Counted from the whole stretch's first letter, positions 11,340 through 24,530 are shown. The stretch is DNA of 63,905 bases, filler included, from Chiloscyllium plagiosum (GCF_004010195.1; 6 parts of one record of this genome joined end to end with filler, not necessarily neighbours in it), one strand, 5' to 3'. Translations and numbers: made by a program. The notes: generated from the sequence alone by a model not told the origin.

Positions 11340-14300
11340 TAGACTTAAGTAATACTTTACGTTTTTATTCTTTCTGTCAAAGTCATCACCTTTACATCAT
11401 CCCCTCGGTACACTCCATCAGCCAGATGTTTGCCCACTCACTCAATCTGTTCAAATCCATCTGCAAGTTCCTTAAAAAGAAAACAAAGAACTGCAGATCT
11501 GAAATAAAAATAGGAAGCCCTGGAGAAACTCAGCAGTTTTGGCAGCATCTGATTATCAAATGCCTTCTGGAAATCCAGGTACAAGTTTCCCTTTATCCAT
11601 AGCACATGTTATTCCTTCAAATAACTCCAGTAAATTGGTTAAACAGGACTTTTTTGGATTAAACCAGATTGTATCTGTACAATTATCTTGAGATTTTCTA
11701 AATGCACCGCTATAATCTCTTTGATGATCAATTCCAACACATTCCCCAAGATAGACATCAAACTAACTGTTTTTTGATTTTCTGTTTTCTGCTTCCCTAC
11801 CTGTTTGAGTAGAAGGGCTATATTTGCTACTTTCCACTGTAATAGAACCTTTCCTGAGTTGTTGAAACTTTTTGACATTAACATCAACACATCTACTACC
11901 TCATTACCTACCTCTGTAAAAGCCTCAGATGAAGTCCATCTGGATATAAGAGACTTCTCAGTCCACAGCTCCATCATTTTGCTGAGTAATCTTTCCCTCA
12001 TAATTGTAGTTTTGCTGGGTTCCTCTCTCTCTTTCATTTTCCGATTTCCAACTGTTGCTGGTATGTCCTTGTTGTTCTCTATAGTGAAGATAGAAACAAA
12101 ATATCTGTTCATTTCATTTGCCATTTTCTAATTATGTTCTACTAACCTCCATTTTCATGCTTCAGAGGAAAATCAATCACTTTACTTCCTCCTTTCCTTT
12201 TTAGCTTGTTAACCATTTTTAAATTCTAAGTTAGCTTCCTCTAATACTTCAATTTCTTCCTTCTGATTAACCTTCCAGTTGCTCTCTGCAATTCTTTATC
12301 ATTTGACCAATCACCAGACCTGCTATTTATCTTTGCACTATTGCATACTTTTTTCTCTTAGGTTTGACAATTCTGCTAACTTTTTTTGTCAACTGGGGGT
12401 TATGAGTTTTTTTTATTTATTGTTGGTATAGATTTACTCTGATGTATCCCCTTAAATGTCAGCCACTGCGTTTCTATTGCCTAGTATGCTAGTTTACCTT
12501 AGTTAACTATCATGCCCACATGTTTGCTCTTATTTAGGATTTAAACACTAGAATTAGACCCAATCTTCTCCCTTTCAAACTAGATGTAAAATTCAATTAG
12601 TTTGTGGTCACTGCTACCTTGGGTGACTTTATTCTGAGGTCATTAATTAATCCTGTTAGGTTAGGCCACTTTTGGAATATTATGTGCAATTCTCGTCTCC
12701 CTTCTATCAGAGGGATGTTATGAAACTTGAAAGGGTTCAGAAAAGATTTACAAGGATGTTGTCAGGGCTGGAGGGTTGAATAGGGAGAGGTTGAATAGTA
12801 ACATCTTGTTTTGATTGTTGGTGTATTCTGTAATTTGTTTCTCTCCGCCCCTTCCTGCCATTTTCTGACCATCCTTTACTGTATTCATATTTTTTTTCTC
12901 AGCTTGTTTCTACACTTTAACAAATGTCCTCCTTCCACAATTCATCCTTTGCCTCCACAGTGTAGTTTAAAAGATTCTTTACTTCTCTGGTTATGAAGTT
13001 CACAAGAACATATTCAAACAGCTGGGGCTGTTTTCCCTGGAGCTTCGGAGACTGAGGGGTGACCTCATAGAGATTTATAAAATCATGAGGAGCATGGTTA
13101 GGGTAAATAAACAAGGTATTTTCCCTGGGGTGAGGGAGTCCAGAATTAGAGGCATAGGTTTAGGGTCAGAGGGGAAAGATGTAAAAGGGACCTAAGAGGC
13201 AAGTGTTTCACGTGGAAGGTGGTGCGTGTATGGAATAAGCTGCCAGAGGAAATGGTGGAGGCTGGTACAATTACAACTTTTAAAAGGCATCTAGATGGGT
13301 ATATGAATAGAAAGGGTTTAGAGGGATATGGGTCAAGTGCTGGCAAACGGGACTAGATTAGTTTAGGATATTTTGGCGGCATGGACAAATTGGACCGAAG
13401 AGTCTGTTTCTGTGCTGTACATCTCTATGACTCTATGACGCAACACCAATCTGCCCAAGGCACGCTGTTGTAAGAAAGTATTTTGAAAACATACTATGAA
13501 CCTCTCAATCAGGCCAGTACCACCAATCTGATATTTCCTTTTTTTATGTAGATTAAAGTCATTTTCTCTTCTATACATTGTTCCACATTATGGTTAGTTA
13601 CAGGTTAGTGTGGGAAAGGGGAGGCTATAGACCATTCCCACTAATGATTTCTTTCCTCTGTTATTCCCAATTTCTATCCAACCTGATCTCCTGAACCAAG
13701 GTCATCTCTAACTATTGTAATGATGCATTGTTGATTAATAATACTAAGATTCCACCTTTACCTATCTTCCTATTTTTCCTGAATGTCTTATGTTCAGGAC
13801 ACACTCCTCTTCCTCCTGAAGCCATGTTTTCAGAATGGCTAACAGATTGTATTTATTTAATTCAATGTGCGCTATTAACTTGTTCCCTTTGTTTTGAATG
13901 TTACATATATTCAGGTATGGAGCTGTTAGTTTTTGCTTGTCATTTCTGTAACATCTTGTTTTGATTGTTAGTATATTCTGTAATTTGTTTCTCTCTGCCC
14001 CTTCCTGCCATTTTCTGACCATCCTTTACTGTATTCATATTTTTTTTCTCAGCTTGTTTCTACACTTTAACGAATGTCCTCCTTCCACAATTCACCCTTT
14101 GCCTTCACAGTGTGGTTTAAAAGATTCTTTACTTCTTTGGTTATGCAGTTCACAAGAACATTGACTCCATATGTTTCAGGTGAAAACGATACAGTCCCCA
14201 CTTTCCCTAGTACTGGTGACATGAACCAGAACTTACTTCTCTCACATTCTTTACTTGTATTATCATGGACCAAGTTTCACACAGCTCAGGTAATGATCCA

Positions 14301-14400
14301 GAGGTTATGACCTTTGAGGCTTTGCTTTTCAATTTAGAGCCTAGCTCTCATTACTCTTTATGCAGGGCCCATTTCCTGGTGTAAGTACACAAACCCTTGC
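11340..14400 (-). mobile_element. Old degraded CR1 (ORF1 remnant, endonuclease, RT N-terminus)
   Basis: MANEMNRYFVSIFTIE...WKVANIALLLK; YLNICNIQNKGNKLIAHIELNKYNLLAILKTWL. Confidence 0.8.
12661..13439 (+). mobile_element. Young CR1 3' end nested in the old CR1, carrying a 214-bp templated insert
   Basis: Same family as 1-684, with CTCTATGA tail; 12798-13011 duplicates 13948-14161. Confidence 0.9.
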
Positions 14401-15660
14401 AGGTAAGAGGGCAAGTTGAAAAGTAATTGGGATCATTGGCTGTGTTAATTGAGGAATGAGCATAAAAGCAACAAAGTCGTGTAATGTTTTTAAAAGCTCT
14501 CATTAAGAATATTGGGTTCAGTTTGACCACTAAAGCTGTGGTAAGATGTCAAGGTGTTGGGAAGGTACTGAATACATTCTTTTTTTCTCGAATAGCTCTC
14601 ACGATAAGGGACTTCAGTAATGCATTGAGATAAGAGATGCTGGGATGGATTTCCAGAGGAGATTTGACACAGATGCTCAAAATCATGAATAGTAATGATC
14701 GAGGAAGTAGAGAGAAGTTGTTACAAGGATTGATAACCAAGGAACACAGATTCAAGGTGAGTCACAAAAACAACTTGAGGTAATGTGTGAGAAACTAACT
14801 TCTAAACACACTGAGTTGTTTTGATTTGGAATGCATTGCCTAACAAGATGGTACAAGCAAGCTAACCAAACTGGTTCAGTTACAACATTCAAAATAATGC
14901 TAGATAAATACAGGAAGGGGGCTGTAGGATCATAGGAGCAAGAGCAGGCAATTCAACCTCTTCCAACATTTAATTAGATCATGGCTGATCATCTATGCCA
15001 ATGCCATCTTCCTGTGGGGTCTTCATATCTTTTGGCATTATTAGTATCCAGAAATCTATTAATTTCTGTCATCAACATGCTCAATGATTGAGCTTGTAAG
15101 CCCCCTTGAGTAGAGAATTCCAAATATTTACCACCCTCTCAATGAAGAATTTCTTCCCCATCTCAGTCCACCCTTAACCCTGAGATTATGTCTGTGGGTT
15201 CTATATTCTCCAGCCAAGGGAAACATCTTATCTACTGTGTCATACTTTATAAGTGTTTTGTAGGTTTCAATGAGATCACATCTCATTCTTCAAATCACTA
15301 GATAACAAGGGTCCAACTTTCTCAATCTCTCCTCAGAGAACAATTGTGCAATCGAAAGGATTAATCTGGTGAACAATGCTGTATTCCCTCTATGACGACT
15401 ACATCCTTTTTCAGATAAGGAGATCAAAACTATACACCATACTCCCGTACAATTTTTCTCCAGGCTGTATATAATTGCAGCAGGACATATTTACTTCTGT
15501 ACTTAAAAGGTCCCCATGATGAAGGCCAGTATATGAGAGCATTCCTAACTGCTTGCTACATTTGCATGCTAGCTTTTAGAATGAATGAACAAGGACTCTC
15601 AGTCCCATTGGACACATGAACAGCCTAACCTTTCACCATTTAAGTCTTTCTGTTGTTTCT
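14400..15660. mobile_element. Two old CR1 3' fragments, tail to tail (+ ~14400-14920, - ~14925-15660)
   Basis: Degenerate RGDL...KIM and RV..IWN.LP coding remnants and CR1 3' UTR motifs. Confidence 0.65.
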
Positions 15661-15684
15661 GCTACACGTATTCACATTAAATAC

Positions 15685-15875
15685 GACAGCTCGTTTGCAA
15701 TGCAGAGTGATGCCAACAGCACGGGTTCAATTCCCATACCAGCTGAGATTACCATAAACCTACCTTCTCAACCCCACCCTTATGTGAGGCATTGTGATCC
15801 TCAGGTTAAACCACCACTCGTCGTCTCACTCTAATGAGAGAGTAACCCTGTAGTGCTTCGGGACTTCGCTTTTAC
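15685..15875 (+). mobile_element. Old tRNA-derived SINE
   Basis: B-box GGTTCAATTCC; body TCAGGTTAAACCACCAC...CTAATGAGAGAG shared with 714-1163. Confidence 0.6.
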
Positions 15876-17334
15876 ATTCCACCTGCCATGTTCTTGTTCA
15901 TTTCACACAATGTACAGTGTTAAGGGGAAAAGCAGGATGCTTAATTAATTGGAAAGCTCTTGCAAAGACCTGGCACATACATAATGAACTATGTTGTATA
16001 TTCCAAGACAGCAATCCTGCTGAGGAACAGGCAAGAGTTTGATATCACTCATAGTAATTAACCAAGAGATCTAATGCAGCACTCCACATTTTTTCCATTT
16101 GTCAGTTTTGTCTCATTCACAAAGACTGAAATAATCAGAAAGCAATAATGCAAGATTCGTCCTTCACAGAACATCTGTGTCATCCGTCAAAAACTCAAAA
16201 ATTAATAAAAAGGTTAACTTGATTTGGTCATAATTGGTTAAAAACGTATGACTTTTGGAATGGAAGCTAAGTGGAAAAGTTCTCATGAAATGTTTGAAGT
16301 TAGCACCAACAATCTCACGGCTTATCTCAATTCAAAAAATCCTACCGGTGGGTCAACTGAGGGTGGCTTCACTTTAGTGCCATTTGTAAAGAAACATGAC
16401 TGAGACAGTAACCTGTCACAGCTCATTTACATCATGTCAAAGTCCATTCAGTGTTAAACTCATTCAGTATGACATTAGTCTCTCTCCAAAGTTCAAGAGG
16501 TTGCTTTGCAATGTGCTTCGAAGTTAGATTTGGTTTTATGTTTGTGTCTGAATCGATTCGGTCAATTTAACACTGCTACAAAGATAATAATTGCTTTGCA
16601 CCAAAGTTTGATGTAAAATTTTGTCTCCCACCAATAGATTTTTATTTCAATTTGTGTATGCCTTTTTTTTTGTCAGGGCCAGTTAATAGAGGATAAGGCT
16701 TGCCTGGTTCCTTGTAGACTGTTGTGCAGCCGTGCTCACCTTAATAGGATTGTGGCTTCGCAATAAACTTGTAGTGGGCAGTTTTAACCTGATCAACTCA
16801 CCGAATCAGAGAAAATTACTCACTTGTCCAACATTTTGCTTCATTTTGAAGTTCAATGTAATACAATCTGTTTCCACTATGGTTACATTTTGGACAGAAG
16901 GTTATAAGCTTTCTGTCTCACCAATCAAAGCCTAAAACTAGCCAATTAATGACCATTTAGGGGCTTAATCCTTGGTGAGCCTGTCAGTGTTCACAACAGC
17001 TATAAATGTACGACAGCTTGTTAGCTCCTGGGGTATGCATTCAGCGCTTGTTAGAGAGAATGACATTGAGAATGTTTGGACAGCTAAGTGCCAACTCTCT
17101 GTCCTTGTTGATTGCTCCTGCCCCCCTTTTCCTGTGACCTCCCCACCCTGCAAGTGCCTCCTGACAACAATTATTTCTGGGCTGGGTCATGTTGCATTCC
17201 TGGAACTCCAGAGCACCTGCAGGCTGTGGTTCCTCTGTAACATTGCCTCTCCATTTACTTGCAAGCAAAGCCAAAGTAAATTTACCAAACTTCTGCATAA
17301 AATCAATAATGTTTACAGCAGAAGCTTCCTGTAT

Positions 17335-17852
17335 GGGGAGAATTGTTATCAGTTTTGGTCGCCTCATTATATGAAACTTGTAGAAGCTTTAGAAAGGATG
17401 TAGAGGAGATTTACCAGTATGCTGCCTGGATTGGAGGGCATGGCTTATGAAGAAAGGTTGAGGGAGTGAGGGCTTTGCTCATTGGAGTGACAAAGGATGA
17501 GAGGTGACTTGATAGAGGTGTACAAGATGTGGAGAGGCATAGGTAGAGTGGATAGCCAAAGACCTTTTCCCATGGCAGAAATGTCTACCATGAGGGGGCA
17601 TAATATTAAGGTAATTGGAGATGTCAGAGGTCGGTTTTTCACATAGACTGTGGTGGGTGCATGGAATGCATTGCTGGCAGTGGTAGTAAGGTCAGATACA
17701 TTAGGGATATTGAAGCGACCCTTGGATAGGCACATGGAAGATAGTACAATGAAGGGTATGAAGGTTAGTCTAACCTTAGAGTCAGATAAAAGGGCAGCAC
17801 AACATCGAGGGCCGAAGGGCCTGTATTATGCTGTACTGTACTGTGTTCTATG
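17335..17852 (+). mobile_element. CR1 3' end
   Basis: QFWSPHY...ALERM.RRFT.MLPGLEG; VVGAWNAL; GGGCCGAAGGGCCTG...TTCTATG tail. Confidence 0.9.
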
Positions 17853-17919
17853 ATCGAATAGCAGAAGGAAACATTTTTTGTTAAACCATAAGGCTATACA
17901 ATATAGGAGCAGAATCAAC

Positions 17920-20076
17920 TAGGCAAAACTGAGGACTGCAGATGCTGGAGATCAGAGTCTAGATTAGAGTAGTGCTGGAAAAGCACAGCAGGTCAGGCAG
18001 CATCCGAGGAGCAGGAAAATCAATGTTTCAGGCAAAGGCCTTTCATCAAGAATGAGGCAGGGAGCCTCCGCGGTGGAGAGATAAATGGAAGGGGGTGGGG
18101 CTGGGGAGAAAGTAGCCAAGAGTACAATAGGTGGATGGAGGTAGGGATGAAGGTGATAGGTCAGAGAGGAGGGTGGACCCGATAGGTGGGAAGGAAGATT
18201 GGCAGGTGGGACAAGTCATGAGGATGGTGCTGAGCTGGCAGGTTGGAATTGGGGTAAGGTGGGGGGAGGAGAAATGAGGAAACTGGTGATGTCCATATTG
18301 ATGCCCTGGGGTTGAAATGTTCCGAGGCAGAAGATGAGGCATTCTTCCTCCAGGCGTCAGGTGGTGAGGGAGTGGTGGTGGAGGAGGTGCAAGACATGCA
18401 TGTCCTTGGCAGAGTGGTAGGGGGAGTTGAAATGTTCAGCCACAGGGCTTTGGTTTTGATTGGTGCGGGTGTCCTGGAGATGTTCTCTAACGCACTCTGC
18501 GAGAAGGTGTCCAGCCTCCCCAATGTAAAGGAGACCGTATCGGGAGCAACGGATACAATAAATGACATTGGTGGACGTGCAGGTGTACCTTTGATGGATG
18601 TGGAAGGCTCCTTTGGGGCCTTGCATGGAGGTGAGTGAGGAGGTGTGGGCGCAGGTTTTGCAATTCCTGCGGTGGCAGGGGAAGGTGCCAGGAGGGGAGG
18701 GTGGGTTGTTGGGGGTCGTGGATCTGACCAGGTAGTCATGGAGGGAATGGTCTTTGTGGAAAGCGGAAACGGGTGGGGAGGGAAATATTTCCCTGGTAGT
18801 GGGGTCCATTTGTAGGTGGCGGAAATGTAGGTGGATGATGTGTTTATGCGGAGGTTGGTAAAGTGGAATTCGAGGACCCGGGGGTTGGAGGGGTGGGGTT
18901 TGAGGGCAGAGGTACAGGACATAGATGAGATGTGTTGGAGGGCATCTTCAACCGTATGGGAAGGGAAATTATGGTCTTTAGAGAGGAGGCGATCTGGTGT
19001 GTTCTGTGGTGGAACTGGTCCTCCTGGTGGCAGATACTCAGTTCCACAACAGAACACATCAGATCGCCTCCTGCTTTAAAGACTGTAATTTCCCTTCCCA
19101 TGTGGTTGAAAATGCCCTCCAACGCATCTCCTCCACGTCCCGCACCTCCGCCCTCAAACTCCATCCCTCCAGTCGCAACAAGGACAGAACCCCTCTGGTC
19201 CTCCCCTTCAACACTACCAACTTCTGCATCATCAGCCGACATTTCTGCCATCCCCAAATGTACCCCACCACCAGGGATATATTTCCCACCCCACCTCTTT
19301 CCACTTTCAGCAAAGACTGTTCCCTCTGTGACTACCTGGTCAGGTCCACACCCCCTCCCCCAATAACCCACCCTCCCCTCCTGGCACCTTCCCCTGCCAC
19401 CACAAGAATTGCAAAACCTGTGCCCACACCTCCCCCCTCACCTCCATCCAAGGTTTACCTGCAAATCCACCAATGTCATTTATTGTATCCGTTGCTCCCG
19501 AGGCCTCTCATTTACATTGGGGAGACTGGTCACCTTCTCGCAGAGCGCTTTAGGGAACATCTCTGGGACACCCGCACCAATCAACCCCAGCGCCCCGTGG
19601 CCCAACAATTCAACTCCCCCCTCCCACTCTGCCGAGGACATGCAGTCCTTGGCTTCCTCCACCGCCACTCCCTCACCACCCGACGCCTGGAGGAAGAATG
19701 CCTCATCTTCTGCCTCAGAACAATTCAACCCCAGGGCATCAATGTGGACTTCACCACTTACCTCATTTCTCCACCCCCCACCTCACCCCAGTTCCAAATT
19801 TCCAGCTCAGCACCATCCTTATGACCTGTCCTACCTGCCAATCTTCCTTCCATCTATCTGCTCCACCCTCCTCTCCAACCTATCACCTTCATCCCCACTT
19901 CCATCCACCTATTGTACTCTTGGCGACCTTCCCCCAGCCCTATCCCCTCCCAATTATCTTTCCACTCCAGAGGCTCCCTGCCTCATTCCTGATGAAGGGC
20001 TTTTGCCTGAAACGTCGATATTCCTGCTCCTCAGATGCTGCCTGACCTGCTGTGCCTTTCCAGCACTACTCTAATT
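17920..20076. mobile_element. Head-to-head (fold-back) Neptune-type Penelope insertion with 16-bp TSD
   Basis: Minus arm ~17920-19030 and plus arm ~19035-20076, both with GIY-YIG and hammerhead terminal repeat; TSD TAGGAGCAGAATCAAC (17904-17919) / TAGGAGTAGAATCAGC (20077-20092). Confidence 0.9.
19985..20020 (+). ncRNA. Minimal hammerhead ribozyme, family 1
   Basis: ATTC-CTGATGA-A-GGGC(TTTT)GCCT-GAAACGTC-GATA. Confidence 0.65.
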
Positions 20077-20399
20077 TAGGAGTAGAATCAGCCAATTTGG
20101 CCCATTGAATCTGCTCTACCACCCAAACAAGGCTGATATGTATCTCAATCCATTCTCCTGCTTTCTCCCTGTAACCCTTGAACCCCTTACCAAACAACAA
20201 CCCATCTATCCCTGTCTCAAATACACTCAATGACTTAGCTTCCACAGCCCTCTGTGACAATGAATTCCACTTGTTGTAAATTTGTGAATGTATCTTTCAC
20301 ATCATGGAAAATTAATAACAGGTGTAGACCATTTAGATTCTTCAGCCAGTCCTGTCATTCAATGAGAAAGTATCTGTGATGTAACACTGAATCAAGTCT

Positions 20400-22620
20400 A
20401 AAGTTTGGACTAGCAACCCTAAATGCACCAGAAGAGATTTGTAGCATTTAGCAGGCCATGATGCCTTTAACTGTTGAAAAAATTACAAAGGTGTCTTCAC
20501 AGATGTCATGTGCTTTCCTGATGAATACCATCCTGAAGTAGACAGAATTGTGAGACTAACTCAGCTTCTGCCAAGCTGCTCCTGAGTGCAGTCTAGAAAA
20601 ACAAGAAAGAACAGCTCAAAAAGAAGGGAGCAATGTTAAAAATGACAACTCCAGCAAACTGAGAACCTAACCTGAAAATCTGAGAGTAAGCATAGATCCA
20701 AAGGATCTCAATAAACTTTGAAGAGATCTCTTTACCACATGACAATGATTGAAGAAATTTTTGTCACAACTTGCGAAGGCAAAGATCTTTACAATCCTCA
20801 ATATAATGGACAGATACTGGCAAGTGAGGTGGAAGAAAGCAGTAGCAGTTTTAACTATATTCTGAATGCCATTCAGGAGAAGGCTGTGCATGCTGCTTGG
20901 CATTTCCACTGTCAAATGCAAACAGCACAAGATAGTAATCTTTTCAGACTGGAGGCTGTTGTGGATCCTATGCTTTGAATGAGGAGACACAGTGGAAGAA
21001 GGCACACTGAAATCAGAATCCAGTGTGAGTGCGAGAGTGAGCTTGCCAGATGGACGTGAATTTAACAAGAAAATGATGCAATTAAAGATACCTGGAGTCA
21101 AGTATGTTATGGTCCCAAATGATGTTACTACTGAACCAGTCAGATACCAAACTGAAATCTGAATTGATAGATCATTTTTTAAATTAATAGTGGTAGTCTT
21201 TGTAGAAATATATTTACACAATACTGCAGATTTGGTTGTAACAATAAAACAGAGATTTATTATACAAAGATATGGTGATAAAATAGAACAAACCAAGCTA
21301 TTGACATATAATACAACTTTAACAATTTCAAAACATACAGCAAAACAAAATTCTATCTATTCCCAACACAATCATTTTATAATACCAGAGAGAATTCCTT
21401 TCTCTATTACACTTAGAATTTTGATTTGACTGTTTCTTTCAACTCCTACTCTTGAGAGATTGATTGATTCATTGTCATGTGTATTTATTATAAATATGGT
21501 GAAAATTGTTGGTTTGTGTTGCCACTGTAGCACTGTCTTAAAACACAGAAAATAAACCAAAACACAGAATATAAAGGCAGAAAATGAGACAATCAAATTC
21601 ATCTTAGTTTAGGTGATCTTTGGAAAAGCTCCCGTTTCTAGCTCAGCCATGGACCTGTATCAGATCCCCTCCATCCTGATGCCTCGAGTCCCTGCTGCTA
21701 AATCGACAACATTGCTGTCACCATGCTGATGCAGCTTGAACAAAGAGTCACAACTCTCTGGCATTATCTCGACTTCACCAGTGCTGCTGCTATGAGTTCA
21801 CACTGGGCCAACCTCACCAATGCAGCCACTACCAGTGCTGTAGGGTCCTGTGCTGGGACCAATCTCACTGTCTCCATCTAGCAGTGGACCTGGAGCCTCA
21901 GCTTAGCCTGCAAGGCTGGACCAGGTATTAAGCCTGGAACCTGCTCCTCACTCGCTGGGAGACCTCAGGGTGCAATGGAGCCGTGTCTACATCATCCTGG
22001 TGTTGCTGGCATGGCCACCAGATACCTTCTCTTTCATCATCTACTTGGCCTTGATTATTCACACAAATAAACTTTAAAATTTTCATCTTCAAATAAGGCC
22101 TTCATTTGTTCTAACCAAACACTTCTGGTCTGGAATTTTTAAATGAAAACCCCTACACTGAGGTCATCTATTTCTTTAATAAAACAAAGAACAGCAGATG
22201 CTGAAGAGCTGCTTATGACATATGACATCCCAGACAGACCATGGCCTCCAGTTCGGATTACTGGGAGTTTGAACAGCTGATATCAATGATTACAGCAGAG
22301 TTTGTAGAATAGCTGAACACATACTTCAATCATTATGGCATTGCAGACAATGTGATAAGTGATAATCGGCCTTGATTAATGAATGAAGAATTCAGATGGT
22401 TCATGAAGGATAGAAGAATTTAACTCTATACATTATGTCTATATTAGCCTCAGACAAATAGAAAGACTAAGGTGGAAATGAAAATCTGCAAAGAGATTAT
22501 AAAGAAATCAGGTAAATCAAGCACTGATGTATGCAAGGCAATTGGTGACAGAAAAAATAAACTTACTGAACACCAGGAAGTATTCCAATCCAAAGGTTAT
22601 TTTCTCCCCATATCCAAATT
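20400..22620 (+). mobile_element. Ancient Gypsy/Ty3 LTR retrotransposon pol remnant (RT ~20400-21120; integrase ~22210-22620)
   Basis: Frameshift-corrected YKGVFTDVMCFPDEYHPEVD, LRVSIDPKDLNK.LKRSLYHMTMIEEI, LAKAKIFTILN..D.YWQV; integrase YDIPDRPW, DYWEFEQL, FNHYGIADNVISDNRP..MNEEF..FM, PQTNRK. Confidence 0.85.
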
Positions 22621-22629
22621 ACTTTTCCA

Positions 22630-23575
22630 ATAGGATCAGTTCTGGATCCACTGTCATTTATATCAACAATTTAGATGAGAATATAGGAGGCATGATTAGT
22701 AAGTTTGTGGATGATATCATAATTGATGGCATATTGGGCAGTGAAGGAGATTATCTCAGAATATAATGAGATCTTGGTCAGATGGGCCAATGGGCCAAGA
22801 AGTGGTAGATAGAATTTAATTTAGATAAATGTGAGGTATTTCATTTTGGTAAGGCACACAAGGACAAGACTTACACACTTAATGATAGGGTGTTGGTTCA
22901 TAGCTCCTTGAAAGTGGTGTTGAGTGTAGATAGGTGGTTAAGAAGTAATTTGGAGCGCTTCCCTTCATTGGTCAGGGCATTGAATATAAGAGTTGGGATG
23001 TCATGTTGTGGCTATACAAGACATTGGTGAAGCCACTTTTGGAATACTGCATACAATTCTGGTCACACTGTTATTGGAAGGGCACTGTTAAACTAGAAAG
23101 GGTGCAAAAACATTTATAAGGCTGTTGCTGGAACTGGAGGGTTTAAGTTATAAGGAGAAACTGAATAGGTTAGGATTTTTTTCCCCTGGACTGTCAGAGG
23201 CTGAAGGGTGACTTTATGGAGTTTTATGAATTCATGAAGGGTATGGATAAGGGTGAATAGCCAAGATCTTTATCCAAGGGTAGAGGAGTCTGAAACCAAA
23301 CAGTATAGGATTAAACATAGAACATAGAAGAATACAGCGCAGTACAGGCCCTTTGGCCCTCGATGTTGCGCTGATCCAAGCCCACCTAACCTATACTAAC
23401 CCACTATCCTCCATATACCTATCCAATGCCCGCTTAAATGCCCATAAAGAGGGAGAGTCCACCACTGCTACTGGCAGGGCATTCCATGAACTTACGACTC
23501 GCTGAGTGAAGAACCTACCCCTAACTTCAGTCCTATATCTACCCCCCTTAATTTAAAGCTATGCCCCCTTGTAAT
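22630..23575. mobile_element. CR1 RT fragment (+, ~22630-23315) abutting a young CR1 3' end (-, ~23315-23575)
   Basis: IYINNLDENIGGMISKFVDD; the minus copy starts with a (CATAGAA)n tail. Confidence 0.85.
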
Positions 23576-23853
23576 ACTGCACGTGTTTTCTGATATTTCT
23601 CACATTGACATAATTTGACAAGCTATTACAGTTCACTCTTATAACCCTTGTGAATATACTCTTCTGAAACCCATCGATTCCTGCCTTAAGCTGCTCAATG
23701 ATTGACATTCCACACCATACACTCACAGGAGCATAGAATCTGTGCCAACAGAANNNNNNNNNNNNNNNNNNNNNNNNNNNNNNNNNNNNNNNNNNNNTTA
23801 ATTAATTAANNNNNNNNNNNNNNNNNNNNNNNNNNNNNNNNNNNNNNNNNNNN

Positions 23854-24132
23854 TCTTTTTCCACATAAGGAGTCAGCTATTACGAGGGGGCATAGCTTTA
23901 AATTAAGGGGGGGGTAGGTATAGGACAGATGTTAGGGGTAGGTTCTTTACTCAGCGAGTCGTGAGTTCATGGAATGCGCTGCCTGTGGGAGTGGCAGTGT
24001 CAGAATCATTGGTGACTTTTAAGCGGCAATTGGATAGGTACATGGATGGGTGCTTAAGCTAGGACAAATGTTCGGCACAACATCGTGGGCCGAAGGGCCT
24101 GTTCTGTGCTGTATTGTTCTATGTTCTATGTT
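23854..24132 (+). mobile_element. CR1 3' end
   Basis: FFTQRVVSSWNALP; (TTCTATG)n tail. Confidence 0.9.
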
Positions 24133-24261
24133 CGACCATAATGAATGTCTGGGCGGGAAAGCCCAAGGTTGACTTTCTTATCCCATATCCCTTGAGACCT
24201 TTAGTGACCAATTAATAACCACTAAAGGATCTCATCCCACCATTGCTGGTGTTAACTCAAG

Positions 24262-24530
24262 TACAGAGCTGAAAATGTGTTGTTGGAAAAGCGCAGCAGG
24301 TCAGGCAGCATCCAAGGGGCAGGAGAATCGACGTTTCTGGCATGAGTCATTCCTGAAGAAGGACTCATGCCCGAAACTTCAATTCTCCTGCTCCTTGGTT
24401 CTGCACAGCAGGTCAGGCAGCATCTGAGGAGCAGGAAAATTGACGTTTCAGGCAAAAGCTCTTCATCAGGAATCATTCCTGATGAAGGGCTCCTGATCAA
24501 AACGTCAATTTTCCTGCTCCTCGGATGCCG
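24262..24530. mobile_element. Two consecutive fold-back Penelope terminal-repeat units
   Basis: Alternating -,+,-,+ copies of the CTGA(A/T)GAAGG...GAAACGTC...CTGCTCC terminal repeat. Confidence 0.8.

Noticed and set aside
20667..21296. 209-aa minus-strand ORF as a novel gene
   Set aside because: Antisense to the decayed Gypsy RT; no recognisable motif.
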